Under the pieces are notes generated by a model. It was not told the origin of the DNA. It was given only the letters and a program-made list of their open reading frames with translations, and did not search any database. A stretch of DNA of 64,000 nt from an uncultured Candidatus Rokubacteria bacterium (GTDB lineage Bacteria; Methylomirabilota; Methylomirabilia; Rokubacteriales; CSP1-6), in contig CAVVEU010000024.1 of NCBI GenBank assembly GCA_963747235.1, forward strand, positions 160,001 through 224,000, in the 5' to 3' direction. This document shows, piece by piece, positions 31,292 through 42,650 of this stretch (position 1 is the stretch's first letter; the number at the start of each line of letters is the position of its first letter). The translations under genes were made by a program, and so were the position numbers.

Positions 31292-33154
31292 ATGCGGAGG
31301 CTCCCCGCCGTCCTTCTCCCGGTCGGCATCTTCCTGGTGACGTGTGCGGCCTTCTGGCCCGCGCTCCAGGGCGGATTCACCTGGGACGACGACATCAATC
31401 TGGTGGCGAATCTCAGATACCGGGGATTCGACGCGAGCCAGATCGGGTGGATGTTCACGAACACCCTGATGGGCCACTACATGCCGTTCACGTGGCTGAC
31501 GTTCGCCCTCGACCACACCCTCGGCCGGATGGATCCGTGGGGGTATCACCTGGCCAGCCTGCTGCTGCACGCGGTGAACGCGGTTCTCGTCTACTGGGTC
31601 GCCGGCCGGCTGCTGGCCGCCGCGCGGGAGACCAGCGTGGACAGCAGAGTGGGCGCCGCGCTGGCCGCGCTGCTCTTCGCGCTCCATCCTCAGCGGGCCG
31701 AATCCGTCGCGTGGATCTCCGACCGCGCCACCCTGCTGTGCGCGGTGTTCTACCTCCTCGCGGTCCTGGCCTACCTGCGCGCGGTCGGCGCGCCCGACGA
31801 CCGTCGCCGCATGGGCTGGGGCGTCGCCTCCCTCGTGGCCTTCGCGGCGGCGCTCCTGTCCAAGGGGACGGCCATGAGCCTGCCGCTCACGCTGCTCATC
31901 CTCGACGCCGATCCGCTCCGGCGATGGCGTGTGGAGTGGCGCCGGGTGCTCGTGGAGAAGCTGCCCTACTGCGCGCTCGCGCTCGCGGGCGCGGGGGTGG
32001 CCGCGTGGGCCCGCAGCCAGGGGGCCGAGTTCAGCGACTATGGCGGCTACGGCATCGCGGCCCGCATCGGACTGATCGCCTACAGCGTCTGCTTCTATCC
32101 GCTGAAGCTCGTGTGGCCGGCCGATCTGTCCCCGCTCTACGAGGTGCCCGCCCAGGTGAGCCTCGTGGATGCGCGGTTCCTGATCCCGCTGCTTGCCCTG
32201 CTCGCGGTGACCGGCGTCCTGCTCGCGCTCCGGCGCCGCGCGCCGGGCGCGCTGGCCGCGTGGGCGCACGCGGCCGCCTTCGTCGCGCCGGTCAGCGGAG
32301 TCGTGCACTCGGGCATCCAGATGGTCGCGGACCGCTACAGCTATCTCGCCCAGGTCGGATTCCTCGTCCTGGCCGGCTACGGGCTCGTGCGCCTGCTCGA
32401 GCTCCACCGGGCGGGCCGGGTGCGGCGCGCCGCCATGGCGCTGGCGGGCGGCGGGATCGTGCTGATGCTCGGCGCGCTCGCGGCGTTGACGTGGAGCCAG
32501 AGCCACGTGTGGCGAGATCCCGAGACGCTCTGGCGATGGGCGGTGGAGGTCGATCCGCTCTGCTCCCGCTGCCATAACAACCTGGGCGTGGCCCTCATGC
32601 ACCATCGTCCGGACCCGCAAGGCCTGGGCGAGGCGGAGGAGCATCTCCGCCGGGCGGTGGCGCTCCGGCCCACGTACGCCCTGAGCCACCTCAACCTCGG
32701 CTCGGTCGCGCTGCTCCGCGGCCGTTACGTCGAGGCGGAGGGCGCCTTGCGGAGCTACGTGGCGCGGCAGCCGGATGCTCCGGACGGCGCCGAGCGGCTC
32801 GCCGTGCTCTATCTCGTTCAGGGACGATCCGACGAGGCGCTCCCGCTCCTGCGCCGGGCCCGCGGCATCCCCCGGTCCGACGGCGCTCGGGCCGACCTCG
32901 CCACCGCGGTGGAGCTGATCCGCGATGGGGAGACCCTGCGCTTCCTCGGCCAGGCCTTGCTCGAACAGGGCCGCGCGGCCGACGCGATCGTCCCGCTCGC
33001 GCGCGCGGTGCAGCTTCATCCCTCGGCGCCCCGCTTCCGCTTCTGGCTCGCGCACGCGTACCGTGGGGCGGGACAGACGGCGCTGGCCGAGGGCGAGTTC
33101 GCGGCGCTACGCCGGCTGGATCCGAAGGCGGCCGCGCCGACCGTGGTCCACTAG
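31292..33154 (+). CDS. TMTC-like GT-C glycosyltransferase with TPRs
   Basis: TWDDDINL, GHYMPFTW, LHPQRAESVAWISDR, ADRYSYL, TPR tail. Confidence 0.85.
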   Translation: MRRLPAVLLPVGIFLVTCAAFWPALQGGFTWDDDINLVANLRYRGFDASQIGWMFTNTLMGHYMPFTWLTFALDHTLGRMDPWGYHLASLLLHAVNAVLVYWVAGRLLAAARETSVDSRVGAALAALLFALHPQRAESVAWISDRATLLCAVFYLLAVLAYLRAVGAPDDRRRMGWGVASLVAFAAALLSKGTAMSLPLTLLILDADPLRRWRVEWRRVLVEKLPYCALALAGAGVAAWARSQGAEFSDYGGYGIAARIGLIAYSVCFYPLKLVWPADLSPLYEVPAQVSLVDARFLIPLLALLAVTGVLLALRRRAPGALAAWAHAAAFVAPVSGVVHSGIQMVADRYSYLAQVGFLVLAGYGLVRLLELHRAGRVRRAAMALAGGGIVLMLGALAALTWSQSHVWRDPETLWRWAVEVDPLCSRCHNNLGVALMHHRPDPQGLGEAEEHLRRAVALRPTYALSHLNLGSVALLRGRYVEAEGALRSYVARQPDAPDGAERLAVLYLVQGRSDEALPLLRRARGIPRSDGARADLATAVELIRDGETLRFLGQALLEQGRAADAIVPLARAVQLHPSAPRFRFWLAHAYRGAGQTALAEGEFAALRRLDPKAAAPTVVH

Positions 33155-33180
33155 GCCGATCCCGCCGACCGCGCGGGGCT

Positions 33181-33621
33181 TCAGCCGGTCACGTGCTGCC
33201 GGAACGCGTCGAGCGCGGCGGTGCCGACCGCCGTGTCCTGCTCACCGGTGCCCCCGCTGATGCCGATGCCGCCGACCACGTCGCCGTCCACCTCGATGGG
33301 GAAGCCGCCCACGAAGACCGCGAAGCGGCCGGGATGCATGGCGTGGATGCCGAAGGCCTCGTTGCCGGGCAGGGCGGGTCCGGCCGGCGGCTGATTGAAC
33401 GTGTGCGTCGCGCGCCGGTGCCCGGCGGCGGTGAAGGCCTTGGCGATCGCGATCTCCACGCCGGTGATGCGCGCGCCGGTCATGCGGTGGAGCGCGATCG
33501 GGTGGCCGCCGTCGTCGCAGACGCAGATCGTCTCGGTGACGCCGATCTCGCGCGCCTTCGCCTCGGCGGCGGCCAGCAGCACGAGCGCGTCCTCCAGGGT
33601 GAGCCGCTTGACCGTGATCAC
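33181..33621 (-). CDS. GlcG/HbpS (DUF336) heme-binding family protein
   Basis: IAIAKAFTAA, GGFPIEVDGDVVGGIGISGG; GTG start overlaps the Rieske stop. Confidence 0.88.
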   Translation of the reverse strand: MITVKRLTLEDALVLLAAAEAKAREIGVTETICVCDDGGHPIALHRMTGARITGVEIAIAKAFTAAGHRRATHTFNQPPAGPALPGNEAFGIHAMHPGRFAVFVGGFPIEVDGDVVGGIGISGGTGEQDTAVGTAALDAFRQHVTG

Positions 33622-33929
33622 GGCAGCTCCACGAAGATCGCGCCCTCGTCCACGCGCACCGGATAGACCGGCACGCTCGCGCCCCGGCCCGGGAAGAGGC
33701 ACTGGCCGGTGCGCACGTCGTACATCCAGCCGTGCCACGGGCAGGCCAGCCGGCTCCCGTTGAGCTTGCCCTGGCTCAGCGGGCCGCCGCGATGGGAGCA
33801 GACGTCGCCGCACGCGTAGACCGCGTCGCCGATCCGGGCGAGCACGATCCGGGTGCCGTCGAGCTCCACGAGCTTGAGCTGCCCGGCCGGCACCTCGTCC
33901 AGCGAGGCGACGTGCCGGGGCCCGCTCAC
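33618..33929 (-). CDS. Rieske [2Fe-2S] ferredoxin
   Basis: CSHRGG...CPWHGW motifs in a ~103-aa ORF. Confidence 0.92.
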   Translation of the reverse strand: MSGPRHVASLDEVPAGQLKLVELDGTRIVLARIGDAVYACGDVCSHRGGPLSQGKLNGSRLACPWHGWMYDVRTGQCLFPGRGASVPVYPVRVDEGAIFVELP

Positions 33930-34609
33930 GCGTCTTCCTTGAGGACGAAGGCGCGATGGAGCCCGGTCATGTACTGCCAGCGCATCTCGGTCGCCTCGCG
34001 CACGGCCTCCGCGGCGTCGCGCTGCTTCTCGGGGGTCGTGCTGTGGCGCTCCACGATCTGGTAGCCCCGCTCGCCGTGGATCTCGTCGGCCTCGATGTGG
34101 ATCGCGAAGAACTCCACCTCGTGGTCGGTGAAGCCGTAGTGGGTCTTGAGCGGCGGCAGGTTGCGCTTGTAGATGCCCGGCACCTGCGACTCGAGCCCCA
34201 CCAGCAGCCCGGCCGCCGCCACGTGGAAGGGCTTGCGCGCCGTCTCGTAGCACCACGCGGTCAGGCCGCGGGTGCTCGGGAGCTGCCGCGTGCTCTCGAC
34301 CTCGGTCCGGCTCACCCCGCACGCCTCGCCGAAGCGGATGAGGAGATCGACGTGTTTCGTGCCGGACTCCTCCTCGATGATGTTCTCGAGCAGGAAGTCA
34401 CAGGCGTCCGGATCCGGGCAGCCCCCGTACACCAGCGCGCACCAGCGCGAGAACTGCGAGACGTACTGGTAGTGCTGGCACACCCACTGGCCGAGCTGGG
34501 CCCGGGTCAGCTCGCCGTTGACCCACTTCTCGGTGAACGGATTCATCCGGCTGTGCCGGGCGTTGACCGCCTGCTCGAGCTGGGTGCGGAACGGGCTCAT
34601 GGTCGTCAT
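33926..34609 (-). CDS. Heme-oxygenase-like diiron oxidase (CADD/PqqC/TenA fold)
   Basis: [31 protein letters not shown] metal-ligand motifs. Confidence 0.85.
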   Translation of the reverse strand: MTTMSPFRTQLEQAVNARHSRMNPFTEKWVNGELTRAQLGQWVCQHYQYVSQFSRWCALVYGGCPDPDACDFLLENIIEEESGTKHVDLLIRFGEACGVSRTEVESTRQLPSTRGLTAWCYETARKPFHVAAAGLLVGLESQVPGIYKRNLPPLKTHYGFTDHEVEFFAIHIEADEIHGERGYQIVERHSTTPEKQRDAAEAVREATEMRWQYMTGLHRAFVLKEDA

Positions 34610-34635
34610 GGCGTGCCTCCGTGCGTGAGATCGCG

Positions 34636-35138
34636 CTACGTGCGCGGATCGGTCTGGCCAGCAGGGCCTGCGTCTGCGCGTCCCGGTACTTCCGGAGCGC
34701 GGCGCGGATGTGGGGATGCTTGTTGGCCAGGATGGCGGCGGCGAGCAGCCCCGCGTTGGTGGCCCCCGCGTTGCCGATCGCCAGCGTGCCGACCGGGATG
34801 CCCGCCGGCATCTGCACGGTGGACAGCAGCGAGTCCATCCCGTTGAGCGCCTTGGACTGGATCGGCACGCCGAGGACCGGCAGCAGGGTCCGCGCCGCGC
34901 TCACTCCGGCCAGATGGGCGGCTCCGCCGGCTCCCGCGATGATGACCTCGAGGCCGCGCTCCTCGGCGCCGCTCACGTACTCGTCCACGAGCGCGGGCGT
35001 GCGGTGGGCGGACATCACGTTGACCTCGTAGGGGATGCCGAGGGCGTCGAGGGCCTTGGCCGCGTTCAGCATGGTGTCCCAGTCGGACTTCGAGCCCATG
35101 AGGATGCCGACGAGCGGCGCGGCGGAGCCGGGTGCCAT
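34636..35138 (-). CDS. purE: N5-CAIR mutase; frameshift near 34655
   Basis: [38 protein letters not shown]. Confidence 0.95.
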
Positions 35139-35206
35139 GGCGGCCCATTCTAGCAAGGCCTCAGGGCGTCGAACAGCGGCCCGCTGGCGGGCCGCCACGG
35201 GCCCCC

Positions 35207-35223
35207 TTGGCATGGCCGATGCA
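35207..35223 (+). promoter_or_regulatory. Putative sigma54 promoter of the sugar-biosynthesis cluster
   Basis: TTGGCATGGCCGATGCA with GG-N10-GC spacing and a near-consensus TGGCA; followed by an AT-rich tract at about 35285-35325. Confidence 0.6.
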
Positions 35224-35424
35224 AGTTATGCGTGCTTACCGACGTCCGTCGAGGATCAGCTCCAGTACGACCGGCAGCCAAGAGTTCTTATAACCATATG
35301 AATAACAAGTACTAAATACTCCATAGCGCATCGCGTCGGCGTCGCCCATCGGCCCCCGAGCAGGTAGCCGGTTGGTGACCAAGAGCGTCGTCGCCGAGAC
35401 GCTCCTCGTAGCTAGGTGGGGGCG

Positions 35425-36386
35425 ATGACGGCCGCTTCGCGAGTGGACCTGCTACGCAGCATGCTCCGCATCCGCCGCGTCGAGGAGACGCTCGCGGATC
35501 TCTACCCGTCGCAGGAGATGCGGACGCCGACGCACTTCTCGATCGGCCAGGAGGCGGTCGCGGTCGGCGTGTGCGCCGCGCTCCGCCGCGACGACATCGT
35601 CTACAGCGGCCACCGCTGTCACGCCCACTACCTGGCCAAGGGGGGCGACCTCGCCGGCATGGTGGCCGAGCTCTACGGACGCGAGACGGGTTGCGCGCGA
35701 GGACGTGGCGGCTCCGTCCATCTCAACGATCCCGACGCCGGGATCATCGCGTCCTCCGCGATCCTCGGCCAGACCATGGCGGTCGCGGTGGGAACCGCGC
35801 TCGCCTTCGCGATGGACGGCCGGGATCAGGTCGCGGTCAGCTTCTTCGGCGACGGGACCGTGGAGGAGGGCATCTTCCACGAGACACTGAACTTCGCGGT
35901 GATGCGGCGCGCCCCGGTGCTCTTCGTGTGCGAGAACAACGGCTTCTCGACCCACACACGGCTCGAGGTTCGCCAGCCGGTGACGGTGCCGATCCACGCG
36001 CGGGCCGCCTCGTACGGCATGCCCGCGCGCCTGGTGGACGGCAACGACGTCTTCGCGGTCTACGCCGCGGCCCGCGAAGCGGTCGCGCATCCCGGCGCGG
36101 CGCCGGGCCGTTCTTCCTCGAGTGCACCACCTACCGGTGGCGCGAGCACGTCGGCCCGCTGTGGGACTACGACAAGGGATATCGGACGAAGGCCGAGGTC
36201 GATGCGTGGATCGCCCGCTGCCCCATCCGACACGCGTCCGAGCGGCTCTTGGGCGACGGGGTGTGCACGCCGGACGAGATCGCAGGCGATGAAGCGGGCA
36301 AGCCAGGACGAGGTGGACGCGGCGGTCGTCGCGGCGCGCGCGCTCCTTCCCCGACGGTCGAGGACCTGACCACCGGCACCTACTGA
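35425..36386 (+). CDS. ThDP-dependent dehydrogenase E1 alpha-like subunit (frameshifted)
   Basis: HFSIGQEA, HRCHAH, GRGGSVH, GDG...ENN ThDP motif, TYRWREHVG. Confidence 0.88.
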
Positions 36387-36393
36387 GGACGCC

Positions 36394-37431
36394 ATGAGAG
36401 CGACTCGACCTACGTGGGAGGCCATCAGCGAAGCGACCGTCCAGTGCATGGAAGCGGACCCGGCATCTTCGTGACCGGGATCGGCGTCGACGACTTCAAG
36501 GGGATCTTCGGCACGACCGCGGAGGCCTACCGTCGGTTCGGCCCCGCGCGCGTCTTCGACATCCCGAACGGCGAGAACGCGATGACCGGCATCGCCATCG
36601 GCGCTGCGGCGGTCGGCAAGCGTCCGGTCGTCGTGCATCCGCGCAACGACTTCATGTTCCTGTGCATGGACCAGCTCTTCAACCTGGCCGCCAAGTGGCG
36701 GTACATGTTCGGCAACCGGGGCGGCGTGCCGGTGGTGTTCCGCGGCATCGTGGGCCGCGGATGGGGGCAGGGCGCGACGCATTCCCAGAGCCTGCAGGCG
36801 GTGTTCGCGCACTTCCCGGGACTCTACGTGGCCTTCCCGCGTCCCCCGCCGACGCGAAGGGCTTGCTGGTCAGCGCGCTCCAGGGCACCGGCCCGGTGGT
36901 GCTGCTCGAGAATCGCGCGCTCTACGAGCTCGAGGGCGAGGTGCCGGAGGAACCCGTGGCGGTGCCGTTCGGGAAGGGCAAGGTCGTGCGGCCCGGGACC
37001 GACGTCACGATCGTCGGCGTCTCGCTCATGGCCTACGAGGCGGTGCGGGCTGCCGAGATCCTGGCCGAGCAGGGCGTCGACGCCGAGGTGATCGATCTGC
37101 GCAGCGTCGCGGCCGCTCGACGAGGAGATGATCCTGCGATCGCTTCGGAAGACGGGGCGCCTGGTGGTGGCCGACACGAGCTGGGCTCTCTGCGGCGTCT
37201 CCGCCGAGGTCGCCGCGATCGCGGCCGAGAAGGGTTGGGACCATCTCAAGGCGCCGGTGCGTCGTGTCACGCCGCCCGATTGCCCGGCGCCGGTCTCGCA
37301 CCCGCTCGAAGACGCGTTCCATCCCAACCCGCTGACCATCGCGCAGGCGTGCCTCGACGTGCTGAGGACGGGGACGCCGATCGGGACGCGGCGTCACCGA
37401 CGTCCAGGCCACCTTCGCCGGACCATACTGA
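36394..37431 (+). CDS. ThDP-dependent E1 beta/transketolase C-like subunit (several frameshifts)
   Basis: RVFDIPNGENA, GWGQGATHSQS, DAEVIDLRS, LRKTGRLVV, spread over several frames. Confidence 0.85.
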
Positions 37432-37433
37432 GC

Positions 37434-38160
37434 TGACGCACCGCCGTCGCGTCAGCGTGTTCGTGCCTGCGTACAACGAGGCGGAGAATCTCGAGCGCGC
37501 GGTCGCGACATCGTCTGGGCCGCGGAGCAGGTGCTCGCGAGTACGAGATCCTGATCGTCGACGACGGCAGCCGCGACGCGACGGGACAGCTCGCCGACCG
37601 CCTCGCCGAGGAGAACGCTCGGATCCGGGCCGTCCACCAGCCTCGGAATCTGGGCATCGCGGCGGCCTACGAGCGCGCGCTCGACGAGGCGAAGCTCGAC
37701 TACTTCAGCTTCCTCGCCGCGCGACGGGGAGATCGCTCGCGACTCCATCCGCGACATCTTCGCGGCCGTCGGGCCGGCTGACATCGTGGCGCCCGTACCA
37801 CCAGAACCCGCGGGCGCGCCAGCTCCACCGCCGCTTGCTGACCTGGACGTCGACCCGCTCGTCAACGTGCTCTTCGGCCTTCGCATGCAATACTACCAGG
37901 GCCCCTGCATCTATCCGATCGCGCTCGCGCGCAGTCCTGCCGAAGACCGCGGGCGGCTTCTACTTCCTCACCGAGATGCTCGTCCACGCGCTACACGCCG
38001 GCTATAGCTACGTCGAGGTCGGGCCTCACCCACCTGGACCGCTCCCACGGCCGATCCAAGGCCGTGTCCGCCCGGAATATCCTGAAGGCGCTGCGGGCGA
38101 TCGCGCAGCCGTGGTGGTCGATCCACGTGCGGCACGGGCTCCGTCGCGCGGAGGTCCTGA
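37434..38160 (+). CDS. GT2 glycosyltransferase, polyprenol-phosphate (DPM1-like) type; frameshifted, start uncertain
   Basis: VSVFVPAYNEAENL, ILIVDDGSRDATG, GFYFLTEMLVHA fragments. Confidence 0.75.
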
Positions 38161-38161
38161 C

Positions 38162-39178
38162 ATGGCGAGGACATCGTCCGACGGTGCTCGTCACTGGCGG
38201 CGGTGGCTACGTCGGAGCCGTGCTGGTCCCGAAGCTCCTGGCCGCCGGTTATCGGGTTCGGGTCGTCGATCTCTTTCTCTTCGGCGCCGACGTGCTGCCC
38301 GAGGACCCGGCCCTCGAGCTCGGTGAAGGCGGACATCCGGGACCGGGCGCTCCTCGAACGCCAGATGCGGGGGTCGATGCCGTCATCCACCTCGCGTGCA
38401 TCTCGAACGACCCGAGCTTCGAGCTCAATCCGACGCTCAGCCGGTCGATCAACTACGACTGCTTCGAGCCCCTCGTCGACGTCGCCCGGCGCGCCGGAGT
38501 CGCGCCGCTTCATCTACGCGTCCACATCGAGCGTGTACGGCGTCAGCGACGCCCCCGACGTGACCGAGGACCATCCGCTCGTGCCGCTGACCGACTACAA
38601 CAAGTACAAGGGCATGTGCGAGCCGATCCTGCTCCGGTATCAGGCGCCCGACTTCACGACGGTCATCATCCGGCCGGCCACGGTCTGCGGGTACTCGCCG
38701 CGGCTCCGGCTCGATCTGACGGTCAACATCCTCACCAACCTCGCGGTCAACAAGCGGCGCATCACGATCTTCGGCGGGCGCCAGAAGCGCCCCAACATCC
38801 ACATCGAGGACATCACGATCTCTACGTCGAGCTGCTCGACATGCCGGACGAGCATGATCGCGGGGCAGACCTTCAACGCCGCCTACCAGAACCACACGGT
38901 CGCCGAGCTCGGCGAGATGGTGCGAGACGATCGTGAGCGCGGGAGATGCCCGAGCTGGGCCCGATCGCGGCTCGAGACGGCGCCGAGCAACGACACTGCG
39001 CTCGTATCACGTCTCGTCCGAGAAGATCAAGCGCGAGCTCGGCTGGTCGCCCGAGCGCACCATCGAGGACGCGGTCGATCGACCTGTGTCGCGCCTTCCG
39101 GGCCGGGCGGATCCCGACCCGCTCGACGACATCCGCTACTACAACGTCAAGACGATTCAGGCGTCGGGCCTGGCCTGA
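38162..39178 (+). CDS. NAD-dependent epimerase/dehydratase (extended SDR), frameshifted
   Basis: VTGGGGYVG, HLACISNDP, STSSVYG, YNKYK, RPATVCGYSPRLRLDL. Confidence 0.88.
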
Positions 39179-39181
39179 GCG

Positions 39182-40180
39182 ATGCCGCGCGCCGTCGTCA
39201 CCGGCGGAGCGGGCTTCATCGGCAGCCACATGGTCGATCTGCTGGTCGACCGAGGGCTATTCAGGTCGTCGTGATCGACAACCTGGTCACCGGGCCGACG
39301 CGAGAATCTCGCGCAGCACGCGGCGCGATCCGCGCGTCGAGCTTCGCACCGTGGACATGTGCGCGCTGGCGCCGGACGACGCCGCTGTTCCGCGACGCCG
39401 ACTATGTGTTCCACTTCGGCGGCATCGGCGACATCGTGCCGTCGATCGAGCGGCCGCTCGACTACATGCGGGCCAACGTCGACGGCACGCTCGCGGTGCT
39501 CGAGGCCGCGCGGCGCGCCGGGCGTGCGCAAGTTCGTCTACGCGGCCTCGTCGTCGTGCTACGGGCTCGCCACCGAGCTGCCGACCACGGAGGAGGCCGC
39601 CGATCCGGCCCGAGTATCCGTACGCGCTCAGCAAGTACCTCGGCGAGAGCGCGGCGCTGCACTGGGCCCAGGTGTACCGGCTGCCCGTGATCTCGATCCG
39701 CATGTTCAACGTCTACGGTCCACGCGTGCGCACCACCGGCGCCTACGGCGCGGTGTTCGGCGTGTTCCTCGCGCAGAAGCTCCACGGCAAGCCGTTCACC
39801 GTCGTCGGAGACGGCACCCAGCCGCGGGACTTCGTGTTCGTGACCGACGTGGCGCGGGCGTTCCTGCTGGCCGCGGAGTCCGCCGAGACGGCGAGGTCTT
39901 CAACCTCGGGCGCGGGCGACCCGCAGACCGTCAACCGGCTCGTGGAGCTGATCGGCGGCGACGTGGTGCACCTGCCGAAGCGCCCGGGCGAGCCGGACTG
40001 CACGTGGGCCGACATCGGCAAGATCCAGCGGCGCGCTCGGCTGGGAGCCCGAGGTGTCGTTCGAGCAGGGCGTCGCGGCGATGCTCGGCCAGATCGAGGA
40101 CTGGCGGGCGGCGCCGCTGTGGACGCCCGAGAACGATCGAGGCGGCGACCCACACGTGGTTCGAGCACCTGGCGCGATGA
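39182..40180 (+). CDS. NAD-dependent epimerase/dehydratase (extended SDR), frameshifted
   Basis: VTGGAGFIG, ASSSCYG, YALSK, FNVYGPR, RDFVFVTDVA. Confidence 0.88.
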
Positions 40181-41736
40181 AGGCCGACTACCGGCAGAAG
40201 ATGAAGACGCTCGAGGAGCTGGCGCGCGGCCATCGGCCCGCGGCCCCGCGCACGAAGACGCGTCATCATGTGCCACGGGATGTTCGACATCGTCCATCCG
40301 GGACATCTGCGGCACCTGATGTACGCCAAGGAGAAGGCGGACTCCTGATCGCGAGCCTCACCGCCGACGAGCACGTCACCAAGGCGGCCTTCCGGCCGTA
40401 CGTGCCCGCAGGAGCTGCGCGCGGCCAACCTCGCCGCGCTCGAGATGGTCGACTACGTGATCATCGACCCGAACCCGACGCCGATCGCAGCACATCAAGT
40501 ACCTGCAGCCCGACTACTTCGCCAAGGGCTACGAGTACTTCTCCGAGGGCGTGCCCGCCAAGACGCAGGAGGAGATCGACACGCTGGAAAGCTACGGCGG
40601 CGAGATCGTGTTCACGCCCGGCGACGTCGTCTACTCCTCGTCGCGCGCTGATCGAGGCGGCCCCGCCGAAGCTCGGCGTCGAGAAGCTGCTGGCCCTGAT
40701 GGAGTCGGAGGGCTTCGGGTTCGATCGATCTTCGCGAGACGCTCTCCGGCAGATGCGACGGGTCTGCGGGTGCACGTGGTCGGCGACACGATCGTGGACA
40801 CCTATAGCTACTGCTCGCTGCTCGGGCGCCACCGCGAAGTCGCCGACCTTCAGCGTCAAGCACGAGCGGACCGAGGTGTTCGCGGGCGGCGCCGCGGTGG
40901 TAGCCAAGCACGTGAAGGCGGCGGGCGCCGACGTCTCCTTCTCGACCGTCCTCGGCAACGACGCGGCCAAGGACTTCGTGCTGAAGGATCTGGACGAGGC
41001 CGGGGTCGTGGTGCACGCCTTCGTCGATCGGACCCGGCCGACCACCCAGAAGGAGCGGTTCATCGCGGACGGCTACAAGATGCTCCAGGTCGACCGGGTC
41101 GACAACCGGCGCGGTCTCGGAGCAAGGCGCTGCGCGTTCCTCAGCGACTCGATGGCGGACAGCCGCGCGGACGTGGTGATCTTCAGCGACTTCCGCCACG
41201 GCATCTTCAACCGCCAAGACGCATCCGCGATCCTGCGCGAGCGCGTGCCCGGCCGGCGCGCTCAAGGTGGCGGACAGCCAGGTGTCGAACCGCTGGGGCA
41301 ATATCCTGGACTTCACCGACTTCGATCTGCTGACGCCGAACGAGCGCGAGGCGCGGTTCGCGCTCGGCGATCAGGATTCGGTGGTGCGGCCGCTCGCGCT
41401 CGCAGCTCTTCCGGCGCGCCCGGCTGCAAGCACTGATCCTGAAGCTCGGCGAGCGCGGGCGTCCTCGGCTACCGCACGCCCGGGCCCGATGCCGCGCGAG
41501 TTCTTCACGGTCGACAGCCTCGTCGAACGCCTGGAGGACCCGATCGGCGCCGGCGACGCGCTCCTCGCGCTACGCGTCGCTCTCGCTGGCCGCCACCCGG
41601 CAACATCGTCATCGCCTCGATCCTGGGCTCGGTCGCGGCCGCCCTCGCCTGCGAGCGTCAGGGCAACGTGCCGATCGCCCCGGACGAGGTGGACGAGAAG
41701 ATCAACCTGATCGAAAAGCGGGCGCACTTCGAATGA
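40177..41736 (+). CDS. Bifunctional nucleotidyltransferase + PfkB sugar kinase (HldE-like, reversed domain order), frameshifted
   Basis: N-terminal GMFDIVHPGH (HxGH) and YFAKGYEY; C-terminal VVGDTIVD, RPTTQKERF, TPNEREA, DPIGAGDA. Confidence 0.8.
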
Positions 41737-42650
41737 GATACGTGGTCGTCGGCCTCGGCAACATCGGCGGCAAGCGCAAGCGCGGTGCTGGGTGACCGGT
41801 GTGTGGCGACCGTCGACCCGTTCAATCCCGCCGCCGACTTCCGCCACCCGACGACTGCCCCGACAACGCGCTACGATGCGGCGGTGCTGGCCGTGCCGAA
41901 CGACGTGAAGCTCCGACTGATGGAGTTCTTCCTCGACGCGCGGCAAGCACGTGCTGGTCGAGAAGCCGCTGATCCTGGACCGCCGAGACGGCCGCGCACC
42001 TGAACGGGTGAGCCGGGCCCCGGCGCCGATCTGGTATACGTCGTACAACTTTCGGTTCGAGCCCAACGTGGTGGCCCTCAAGCGGCACCTGCGAGGCGGG
42101 CACGATCGGACGCCTCTACCGGGTGCGGATGTTCTACGGCAACGGCACGGCCGGGAACATCGCCGGTACGTGGCGGGACAGCCGGCTCGGAGTCCTCGAG
42201 GACATGGCCCGCCACCTGATCGACCTGACCGGCTTCGTGTTCGGCCGCTTCGGTGCCGAGTTTCGCGTGTGGGAGCGTCGCGGCCACGAGCTCAAGGGCT
42301 TCGACCACTGCATCCTCGCCACATCCGATCGTAGCATCGACCATCGAGTGCAGCTTCCTGTCCTGGAAGAATCGGTGGCGGATCGAGGTGCTCGGCGAGG
42401 AGGGCGCACTCGAGATGAACGGGCTCACGAAGTGGGGCAAGAGCGAGCTTCTGATCCTCCGCCGGCGCCGGCCCAGCGGCGTGCCGGACGAAAGCCGGGA
42501 GGTGGCGCACGGCCCGGATCCCACCTGGGCCGCCGACATCCGGCACTTCGAGGAGATGGTCGCGACCGGGGTGACGTCGTGCGAGAACGACCTGTGGCTG
42601 TCGCGCACGGTGCAGCGGCGGCCGCCGGCCGCCCCGAGGGCGGCTCGTGA
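41733..42650 (+). CDS. Gfo/Idh/MocA family oxidoreductase, frameshifted
   Basis: VVGLGNIG, HVLVEKP, YNFRFEP, GVLEDMARHLIDL. Confidence 0.8.

Noticed and set aside
33926-34609. pqqC of PQQ biosynthesis
   Set aside because: No pqqA/B/D/E nearby, and the metal-ligand pattern is CADD/HDO-like.
35358-35374. ops/JUMPstart-like element (AGCAGGTAGCCGG) before the glycan cluster
   Set aside because: Only a partial match to GGCGGTAG and no RfaH/NusG paralog in the window.
35425-37431. Housekeeping pyruvate dehydrogenase (pdhAB)
   Set aside because: No E2/E3 genes, and the pair is embedded at the head of a sugar-modification cluster; gene symbols withheld.
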